This document shows positions 48,470 to 55,728 of a stretch of 64,000 nucleotides of DNA, in pieces. Both the position numbers and the translations under genes were made by a program. The notes under the pieces are model-generated. The model ran no database searches. It had not been told where the DNA came from and worked only from the letters and a program-made list of their open reading frames with translations. The stretch comes from Chlorobiota bacterium (GTDB taxonomy: Bacteria; Bacteroidota; Bacteroidia; Bacteroidales; Marinilabiliaceae), in contig JAADEM010000037.1 of assembly GCA_013153405.1 (NCBI GenBank), forward strand, positions 2,202 to 66,201. The letters are read 5' to 3'. Position 1 is the stretch's first letter. Each line of letters starts with the position of its first letter.

Positions 48470-48492
48470 TCTGAGCCTAAGCATAAAAAATA

Positions 48493-48520
48493 ACCCTCTG
48501 TTCAGAACAGGGGGTTTTTT
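48493..48520. terminator. Bidirectional terminator between the ferredoxin gene and the MTHFS gene
   Basis: CCCTCTG-TTCAGAA-CAGGGGG, then TTTTTTG. Confidence 0.7.
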
Positions 48521-48523
48521 GTT

Positions 48524-49069
48524 TTATGCCGTAATCACTTCATCCATTCTGATGTCGTGCGGTTCTGCCGGAATTTTGTCCACTATCTGAAAGTTGAAAG
48601 CAAGACCGGTTTTTCTACTGCGGGGCAGACGGATCAGTATCCTGTCGTAATATCCGGCACCTCGACCAAGGCGGTTGTTCTCTTTGTCGAATGCCACACC
48701 GGGAACAATTACAAGCTCTATCAGTGTTTCATCTTCTATCTTTTTTCCGGCCGGCTCGGGTATTCCGTACTTCTCTCCCGGAACCATCTTGTCATCTCCT
48801 TCGAACAGGTATATCTCAAGGTCGTCGCCTTTTATTACCGGCAGGTACAGTTTTTTAGAATCTTTAAATTCGTTCAGTATCTCTTTTGTGTCCACCTCGT
48901 CGGGAAGGGGCCAATAAAGCAGGATGTGTTCAGAATCTTTAAAGTGTTCTGATTGCATAACCTTTTCCTGAATTATGCGTGATTGCTTTTTAAGCTCTTC
49001 CGGCGAAGCTGCTTTTTTGAGCTCTTTTATCCTTTTTCGTATCGCTTTCTTTTGATCTTTGAGGGGCAT
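48524..49069 (-). CDS. 5-formyltetrahydrofolate cyclo-ligase
   Basis: LYLPVI..., GIPEP..., LVIVPGVAFDKENNRLGRGAGYYDR. Confidence 0.85.
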   Translation of the reverse strand: MPLKDQKKAIRKRIKELKKAASPEELKKQSRIIQEKVMQSEHFKDSEHILLYWPLPDEVDTKEILNEFKDSKKLYLPVIKGDDLEIYLFEGDDKMVPGEKYGIPEPAGKKIEDETLIELVIVPGVAFDKENNRLGRGAGYYDRILIRLPRSRKTGLAFNFQIVDKIPAEPHDIRMDEVITA

Positions 49070-49161
49070 GAGATTTGATGTTTGTTTGAATGCATAAAAA
49101 TGTTTTACAATTTATGTAAAAGTTGGGAAATATGGTTTCAACTGAGATGTCTTCAGTTATC

Positions 49162-49860
49162 TTAAGCTTGTTTTATTATATCAAGGATTTTTATAGATGA
49201 AATGTTCATTTTTGAAAATGCGAACCATTTCTTTCCTAGGTCTTTCAGTGAAGCTCCAAAATGGTACACCTCTTTTTCATCGATGATAAGAAAGCGGTCG
49301 TGCGCGTTTTTAAAGATTTTTATTTTTGTTTCAGGGTATTGTTCGTTGTGCTTTTTCAGGTCAAGTTCAAGCTGTTTGCTTATCTTTCTGGTATAAATAA
49401 CATAAGTTACATTTCTGGCTCTTTTTGTGAATAGGGTTAAAACGGTATCATCAATGTAGTTGTCGATAAGGATAAGCGATTCTTTTGCACTTCTTATCAG
49501 GTTGGAAAAAAAAGTACAAGCATCAAAAACCTATCCGTTGAAATAAATACCCTGATTAGGCGGCAGATTTGTTTTAAGTAACAAATCTATTTCATTTACT
49601 TTTTTAGTGAGGTTATGAACATTATTCTCAATACGATTCATTCTGTTGTTTAATGCATACCCTTTTAACAGGTACTCTTTTAATATTTTGTTTGCCCAGA
49701 TACGAAACTGGGTTCCTTGTTTTGATTCTGTAACCTTCCGAAATGATCATATCAAGATTGTAAAATTAAACAAGTTTTGTTTGTGTTTTTCCTTTAATAG
49801 CACTATGTTAAGTGGTTGTCGCAAATTTTACGACATTTGAATTTTATATTTATACTTTTT
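49162..49860 (-). pseudogene. Decayed RhuM/ORF6N-family gene (N-terminally truncated, at least 3 in-frame stops and 1 frameshift)
   Basis: Minus-strand hand translation: NSNVVKFATTT*HSAIKGKTQTKLV*FYNLDMIISEGYRIK[frameshift]KQGTQFRIWANKILKEYLLKGYALNNRM...PPNQGIYFNG*VFDACTFFSNLIRSAKESLILIDNYIDDTVLTLF...HDRFLIIDEKEVYHFGASLKDLGKKWFAFSKMN...KQA* (stop at 49162-49164). Confidence 0.75.
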
Positions 49861-49915
49861 CTAAAAACATTAATCACCACTTCTTATTTTAATTTTTAAG
49901 AAAATTGTTTGATGT

Positions 49916-49990
49916 GCGAATTGTTCGTTCTTGCTTACCCTGTCCCTAAAGGGAACAAGAACAATCAATTCGCTCCCTTCAGGACAGGGG
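49916..49990. repeat. Interleaved double palindrome (A-B-A'-B')
   Basis: A 49916-49933 GCGAATTGTTCGTTCTTG pairs with A' 49956-49973 CAAGAACAATCAATTCGC (16 of 18). B 49938-49954 CCCTGTCCCTAAAGGGA pairs with B' 49974-49990 TCCCTTCAGGACAGGGG. Confidence 0.7.
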
Positions 49991-50053
49991 TAATCTCGGT
50001 TTAATCATTAAACTGAGCTAATAAATTACGTCCGACATTACTTATCCCAAATG

Positions 50054-50842
50054 TTAAATCCCGAAATTTCCGTATACATCGGTTCTGCGGTCTTCGAATG
50101 CATCGTTCTCGGGGGTTATTTTTTTGTTGGCAGAAAGGCGCAGGTCAATTTCGGCGGTTATAATCTCTTCTTTATCCACGTGTCCGTATGCGATGGTCTG
50201 GCCAATTGGATTTGTAATTACTGAATTACCGGTAAAAGTCAGTTCTTCTTCGGTACCTATGCGGTTTGCTGTTGCAATAAACAAACGATTCACCAGAGAG
50301 TATGACGGAGTTACCGACTGGCAGTAAGGAAGGACAAGATTGGCAGGATGCGCGATAAGCACAGCTCCTTTAAGTGCCAGTACACGCCAAGCTTCGGGAA
50401 ACATCCAGTCGAAACATATCTGCATTCCTATTTTCCCTATTTCGGTATCAAACACCGGTAAGCCCAGATTCCCCGGTTCAAATATTTTTTTTTCATCCCA
50501 GAAAAGGTGCAACTTACGGTAAATGCCTGTAATGCCTTCGGGGCCCATCAATACAGATGAGTTGTACAGCTTGTCTTTCTCTCGCTCGTTGAATCCCGAT
50601 ACCACATAGCAATTGTTTTTCGCTGCCAGTTCCGACAGGAATTCAAGATACCTGCTGTTTTGTGCCCGTTCGGAAAGAAGAATTGCCTCGTCGCGGTCTT
50701 TAAATTTATATCCGGTGGAGGCAAGTTCCGGTAAAACGATGAGGTCGGTCTTTTTTATCTTCTCCGTTAGTTTACGGATCTTTTCTATGTTCTTTTCTAT
50801 GTTGCCGAATACGGGCGAAAGCTGTATGATGGAGAGGTGCAT
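50054..50842 (-). CDS. Carbon-nitrogen hydrolase (nitrilase superfamily) protein
   Basis: Catalytic-triad contexts LPELASTGY (Glu), YRKLHLF (Lys) and GMQICFDWMFPE (Cys). Confidence 0.85.
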   Translation of the reverse strand: MHLSIIQLSPVFGNIEKNIEKIRKLTEKIKKTDLIVLPELASTGYKFKDRDEAILLSERAQNSRYLEFLSELAAKNNCYVVSGFNEREKDKLYNSSVLMGPEGITGIYRKLHLFWDEKKIFEPGNLGLPVFDTEIGKIGMQICFDWMFPEAWRVLALKGAVLIAHPANLVLPYCQSVTPSYSLVNRLFIATANRIGTEEELTFTGNSVITNPIGQTIAYGHVDKEEIITAEIDLRLSANKKITPENDAFEDRRTDVYGNFGI

Positions 50843-50848
50843 GGTTTT

Positions 50849-50980
50849 ATGGTTACAGTGTTAAATGGTTAATTTGGTTTTTGGTTTGTAGGTTCTTGGT
50901 TTTTGGTTGGTTAGTTCTTCGCTAATCTCAAATCACTAATCTCAAATCGCTAATCATATGGTTCTAGTGTTAAATGATAA
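50849..50980 (-). promoter_or_regulatory. Repeat-rich leader/promoter region of the C-N hydrolase gene
   Basis: 23-24-bp direct repeats ATGGTTACAGTGTTAAATGGTTAA (50849-50872) and ATGGTTCTAGTGTTAAATGATAA (50958-50980). They flank a G/T-rich tract (C/A-rich on the coding strand) and 2.5 tandem copies of a 14-mer, (G/A)CTAATCTCAAATC, at 50921-50955. Confidence 0.4.
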
Positions 50981-51031
50981 ATGCATTTTATCAGTTACTC
51001 GCATCCTCGATTCATCAATCCCGCAATTTTA

Positions 51032-52036
51032 TCACGGTGCATATCCCGATTGTGATAATATTTTTTGTCCGTTCTGAATTTCCATAAGTTCTTTGAGGGT
51101 GATATTTTTGTTTTTATTCATGAACTTATCAACTATTTTGTAACCGAAATAACCACCGATTTTACCCGGCGAGTCTTTTCCAAGGTAAGAGTTGAACGGT
51201 CCGTCGCCGGTATATTTTTGTATAACCAGCCGGTCGGTGCTGAAAAGATGTTTCTGTTCTATCATGTACCCCCAGATGTCGCTTTCGAATTCCTTTGTCC
51301 ATTTAAGCTGCTTTTCGGTGAAGTCGAACAGAAGGGTATCGGGCAGTTCCGGACAGGTGCTTTTTATAAAATACAAAACTTTTCCCTGATACACCATGCT
51401 GTTTAGCAGATTGTATTTTTCGGGTCTGTAACTGAACTCTGTCAGTGCTATTGCTTTCATCATGTCAGGTACAATCTTTTGCGGTATCATTTGTCGTCGC
51501 AGATACTGATATATTTCGAGCCATTTGTAAAATATACAATTTTCGCCAAGGTATTTTTCAAGACTGACCGATAACCAGGCCGAATCGACTACCACTGATT
51601 GATTGAACCCTGATATGTGAAAATAAACGTCGGGAGTAAGTTTGTCGGGGAAGTAGTATTTGTAATATTTAAATGCCTGTTCAATTTCGGGTTTTAATGT
51701 ATTTATATCGGGATAAAGAGAGTCTAGTTTTCTGAAAACATCCTTGTTGGCATCATATTCAAGAAAAGCTTTCAGGTTTTCAGGATATTTTTCGTCTTCG
51801 ACAGAACCTATCCTCAGCACTTTTACGCTGATGGCTTCAAGGTAGCTGCCGTATTTTTCTTTTAATGCCGGCAGATACTTTTCAACGCTGTCGGGAGGAA
51901 TAGCTGCCAGATCTTTATAAAACGGTATTATTATGAAACTAACGTTGATGTTGCTTACGTCAGGAACTTTTCTTGAATCGGTGCAGGATGAAAGGATTAT
52001 CAGGCCGGCAATGAGTATTACTGATATATGTTTCAT
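51032..52036 (-). CDS. gldB: Gliding-motility lipoprotein GldB
   Basis: Track ORF runs to 52063. Start chosen at MKHISVILIAGLIILSSC (lipobox). YYKYYFP, SLEKYLG, MVYQGKVLYF, IWGYMIEQKHLFS, DSPGKIGGYFGYKIV and a C-terminal SGYAP parallel what I recall of the Flavobacterium johnsoniae GldB sequence. Confidence 0.75.
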   Translation of the reverse strand: MKHISVILIAGLIILSSCTDSRKVPDVSNINVSFIIIPFYKDLAAIPPDSVEKYLPALKEKYGSYLEAISVKVLRIGSVEDEKYPENLKAFLEYDANKDVFRKLDSLYPDINTLKPEIEQAFKYYKYYFPDKLTPDVYFHISGFNQSVVVDSAWLSVSLEKYLGENCIFYKWLEIYQYLRRQMIPQKIVPDMMKAIALTEFSYRPEKYNLLNSMVYQGKVLYFIKSTCPELPDTLLFDFTEKQLKWTKEFESDIWGYMIEQKHLFSTDRLVIQKYTGDGPFNSYLGKDSPGKIGGYFGYKIVDKFMNKNKNITLKELMEIQNGQKILSQSGYAP

Positions 52037-52227
52037 ATGTTTGTTTTTACTTTTTATTTTCATGTATTACAAAATAAGAAACTTTATGACAATAAAACTA
52101 ACAGAATATGTAAAAATATAATGATTCTGGTACTACAACATTATGGTTAAGTAAGCGTTTTACAGGTAAAGGTTGTGATGTTTATGTAAATGGTTAAATT
52201 TGTCATGATTTTGAAATAAGCCCGGAA

Positions 52228-52872
52228 ATGAAAAAATATTTTATACTTATTTTGTTGTCATATCTTTTTGTTTTTAATGTTTCGGCTCAGAGTGAAAAGG
52301 GGAACAGGTTCTCATTTCTTCTAAGCCCTCAGGTGTCGTGGATGAAATCAGACCATATTGCGGTAGACGGAAACGGGAATGTGTTTGGCTTTGATTTCGG
52401 GGTTCTTTATGATCGTTTCTTTGATAAAAATTATGCTTTCACCACTGGGGTTGTGATAAATTCTACCGGAGGAAAATTGTCATATAGAGATACCGTGCCT
52501 GCAAATATAGGTGGAGAGATTGTTGATGTTACATCGTTGGATTATAAGCTGAAGTACCTTGAAATACCTCTGGGACTTAAACTTTTGACCAATGACTTCA
52601 GACGAACACGATATTATACGGAAATGGGACTGTATATGGCTTTCAATATTAAAGCGCGTGATGATAACGGGAAGGCACTATCTGAAGAGGTTAAACTCTT
52701 TGATTCTGGATTTCATGTAGGTGGAGGCATGGAGTATTCCCTAGGAGGAACAACCTATCTGATGTTGGGGATAAAGTATAGCGGTGGATTTGTCGACATT
52801 ACCAGCAATGATGCTGTAGATGATAATGTGAATCTGCAACGTCTTGAATTCAGATTCGGAGTTGTTTTTTGA
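52228..52872 (+). CDS. Outer-membrane beta-barrel (porin family, OMP_b-brl_2 type) protein
   Basis: Signal peptide present. Alternating beta-strand pattern, YLEIPLGLKL, C-terminal RFGVVF. Confidence 0.7.
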   Translation: MKKYFILILLSYLFVFNVSAQSEKGNRFSFLLSPQVSWMKSDHIAVDGNGNVFGFDFGVLYDRFFDKNYAFTTGVVINSTGGKLSYRDTVPANIGGEIVDVTSLDYKLKYLEIPLGLKLLTNDFRRTRYYTEMGLYMAFNIKARDDNGKALSEEVKLFDSGFHVGGGMEYSLGGTTYLMLGIKYSGGFVDITSNDAVDDNVNLQRLEFRFGVVF

Positions 52873-52988
52873 TTTTATTTTTGATACATCAAACAGTTTT
52901 AACCCTATCTTTTGAATAAACTTATCGTTTAAAATCAATTTAAAAATTACATTTGCACTGTTTTCGGAATTATTAAAAAGATACCCTG

Positions 52989-54638
52989 ATGAAAATAGCA
53001 TTGGCGCAACTAAACTATCATGTTGCCAATTTTGAGTTTAATACTGAAAAAATAATAAATGCCATTAAAGAGGCAAAAGAGCAACAAGCCGAACTTGTGG
53101 TGTTTTCCGAACTTTCGGTATGCGGATATCCTCCATACGATTTTCTTGAAAGAAAAGAATTTGTTGAAAGCTGTGAAAATGCGATAAATGAAATAGCGGG
53201 GCATTGTAATGGTATAGCTGCTGTAGTGGGAGCTCCGAGTATTAATCCGGAAACAAAAGGAAAAAATCTTTTCAACTCCGCATATTTTCTGGCCGAAGGA
53301 ACAATAAAGGCAATTACTCATAAAACACTTCTGCCAAATTATGATGTATTTGACGAATACAGGTATTTTGAGCCGAACAGTGTATTTGATCTTGTAGAGT
53401 ATAACGGAAAAAAAATAGCAGTTACGGTATGTGAGGATCTTTGGGATGAGCAGCCGGTGGCAAACTCATTTGCCCGCAGCAAACTCTATACTAAATCACC
53501 AATGGAGGAATTGATGAACCTTTCACCCGATATTGTGGTAAATATTGCAGCTTCTCCATTCTCATATTCACAGGTTGTTATCCGCCGGCAGATAGTTCAG
53601 AAGAAAGCAAAAAAATACGGGATACCTATCTTTTATGTCAATCAGGTAGGAGCTAATACCGACCTTGTATTCGATGGAAACTCAATGGTAGTGAACAGCA
53701 GAGGTGAAATAACTGAACAATTGAAAGGCTTTGAAGAGGACCTGAAAGTGGTGGATTCGGAGAAGGTTGAAAAGGCAGAACCGTTAAAACTTGAAGAACC
53801 CGATAAAATAAAAAATATACAGGATGCTCTGGTGCTTGGTGTGAAGGATTACTTTGCCAAGATGGGATTCAAAAAAGCAACTCTCGGCCTCTCGGGAGGC
53901 ATCGATTCGGCAGTTACAGTGGTAATTGCAGTAATGGCACTTGGTGCTGAAAATGTAAGAGTATTGCTGCTTCCCAGTAAGTATTCGTCCGACCATTCCA
54001 TAAAAGATGCAGTTGATCTTGCCGAGAACCTGGGTATTCAGTACGATATCGTTCCTATTAAGGATATTGTTTCTGCATTTGATAAAACCCTGGAGCCGCT
54101 GTTTAAAGGGCTTGAACCGGATGTAACGGAAGAGAATATTCAGGCCCGGATACGAGGGACGCTGTTGATGGCATTGTCGAATAAGTTCGGACACATTTTG
54201 CTGAATACCTCAAATAAAAGTGAGGCTGCAGTTGGGTACGGAACTCTTTACGGAGATATGAACGGCGGCTTGTCGGTTCTGGGTGATGTATACAAAACCG
54301 ATGTTTTTGCTCTTGCAAGATATATCAATCGCGAAAGGGAGATAATACCAGTTAATACAATAACCAAACCGCCATCGGCTGAACTTCGTCCTGATCAGAA
54401 AGATTCGGACTCTCTGCCTGATTACGATATTCTTGACAAAGTACTTTACAGGTATATCGAACTGGAACAGTCACCAAAAGAGATAATTGAGGCTGGTTTT
54501 GACGAAGATGTTGTAAAACGTGCAGTGCGGCTTGTCAATATGAATGAGTATAAACGTTACCAGACACCTCCTATAATCAGAGTTTCGAGTAAGGCGTTTG
54601 GTATTGGCCGCAGAATGCCTCTTGTGGCAAAGTATTAG
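52989..54638 (+). CDS. nadE: Glutamine-dependent NAD+ synthetase (C-N hydrolase + NAD synthase domains)
   Basis: MKIALAQLN..., VFSELSVCGYPP, VCEDLW, and the PP-loop LGLSGGIDSAV. Confidence 0.92.
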   Translation: MKIALAQLNYHVANFEFNTEKIINAIKEAKEQQAELVVFSELSVCGYPPYDFLERKEFVESCENAINEIAGHCNGIAAVVGAPSINPETKGKNLFNSAYFLAEGTIKAITHKTLLPNYDVFDEYRYFEPNSVFDLVEYNGKKIAVTVCEDLWDEQPVANSFARSKLYTKSPMEELMNLSPDIVVNIAASPFSYSQVVIRRQIVQKKAKKYGIPIFYVNQVGANTDLVFDGNSMVVNSRGEITEQLKGFEEDLKVVDSEKVEKAEPLKLEEPDKIKNIQDALVLGVKDYFAKMGFKKATLGLSGGIDSAVTVVIAVMALGAENVRVLLLPSKYSSDHSIKDAVDLAENLGIQYDIVPIKDIVSAFDKTLEPLFKGLEPDVTEENIQARIRGTLLMALSNKFGHILLNTSNKSEAAVGYGTLYGDMNGGLSVLGDVYKTDVFALARYINREREIIPVNTITKPPSAELRPDQKDSDSLPDYDILDKVLYRYIELEQSPKEIIEAGFDEDVVKRAVRLVNMNEYKRYQTPPIIRVSSKAFGIGRRMPLVAKY

Positions 54639-54749
54639 TAGATAAAACATGCTGACAGGCAGTTTCTAAAGTTGTGAGAAATTAGCTTGGTGATAATTTT
54701 AAATTTTGTACATTTGTGTTACATAACATATTTTCATAATTGAGATTAT

Positions 54750-55445
54750 ATGCCTGATAACGGACTCGTTGCTGATATAAAGAATTTTCCGCAGTTATAC
54801 AATGTGTTGAGTGATGAAGACAAAGAGTATCTTCTGGCCAATCATTCGGTTAAATATTTTGCCAAAAATGAGAAAATATACAGGGAAGGCGACAAGCCTA
54901 AAGGATTGTTGTGCCTGGGCTCTGGGAAGGTAAAAGTTTATAAAGCAGGAATTGGCGGCAGAGAACAGATTGTAAGAATGGTGGCAGCTCCTAATTTTCT
55001 GGGATACAGAGCTCTTTTTGCAGAGGAAGCGCACATTGCATCGGCAGAGGCTATTGAAGATTGTGTGATTTATCATATACCAAAGGATGTTATTTTTAAA
55101 TTGATAGCCTCAAACAGAAAGGTTTGTAAGAATATTCTGAAATCGTTTGCCGTTGAACTTGGATTTACCCGATACCGAACAGTATCGCTTACCCAGAAGC
55201 ATATACGAGGCAGATTAGCTGAAAGCCTGCTGTTTCTGCGTGATATTTATGGTTTTAAAGATGATAACATAACTCTTGATGTACAGCTTTCGAGGGAGGA
55301 TATAGCGAACTTCTCGAACATGACAACATCGAATGCCATCAGAACTCTTTCTACTTTTGTTAATGAAAAGGTTATCGCAGTTGATGGCCGTACTATTAAG
55401 ATTGTGGATGAGCCGAAACTGGAGAGGATATCTAAGCTGGGATAG
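54750..55445 (+). CDS. Crp/Fnr family transcriptional regulator
   Basis: cNMP-binding-like N-terminal half (YREGDKPKGLLCLGSGKVKVYK). C-terminal HTH segment REDIANFSNMTTSNAIRTLS. Confidence 0.8.
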   Translation: MPDNGLVADIKNFPQLYNVLSDEDKEYLLANHSVKYFAKNEKIYREGDKPKGLLCLGSGKVKVYKAGIGGREQIVRMVAAPNFLGYRALFAEEAHIASAEAIEDCVIYHIPKDVIFKLIASNRKVCKNILKSFAVELGFTRYRTVSLTQKHIRGRLAESLLFLRDIYGFKDDNITLDVQLSREDIANFSNMTTSNAIRTLSTFVNEKVIAVDGRTIKIVDEPKLERISKLG

Positions 55446-55459
55446 GATTCTTTTATATC

Positions 55460-55705
55460 AACATACATTTCTGTGATTTTTTTGTTTATCAAAGTGTCAT
55501 TTTGGAATTCTGCATATGAGGCAGCAGATGAAAATTCCCAATCTTCAGGGTTGTTGTACAGATCCTGCTTTTACGGGATTTTTGTGGATGTAGTTAAGGC
55601 ATACCTGTGTATATTGTCTTTCCGGTATCAATATTTATAACCGTTGCTCCATTTTCCGTAAAAAGCAGGAGATAATCCTTGTGTGCAATATCGGTTGATT
55701 AGGAT
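55460..55705 (-). pseudogene. Relic of a Y1 (IS200/RayT-like, PF01797-type) transposase gene: C-terminal fragment with at least two frameshifts
   Basis: Minus strand: ...IAHKDYLLLFTENGATVINIDTGKTIYTGMP[shift]NYIHKNPVKAGSVQQ[shift]PEDWEFSSAASYAEFQNDTL. The YIH-NPV-AG-V--PEDW-(Y/F)SS block is the conserved C-terminal signature of this family. The fragment is 5'-truncated by the murF/alr stop at 55729. Confidence 0.55.
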
Positions 55706-55728
55706 TCACCAGGTGACTCATGAACCTG

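Noticed and set aside
48236-48484. 82-aa minus-strand ORF from the track
   Set aside because: It is antisense to a textbook 2x[4Fe-4S] ferredoxin ORF with its own promoter box and terminator, and its sequence is low-complexity (R/T/S/F-rich).
50921-50955. Possible mini CRISPR or other array (tandem 14-mers)
   Set aside because: There are only 2.5 directly abutting copies, no spacers, the repeat is far too short, and there are no cas genes.
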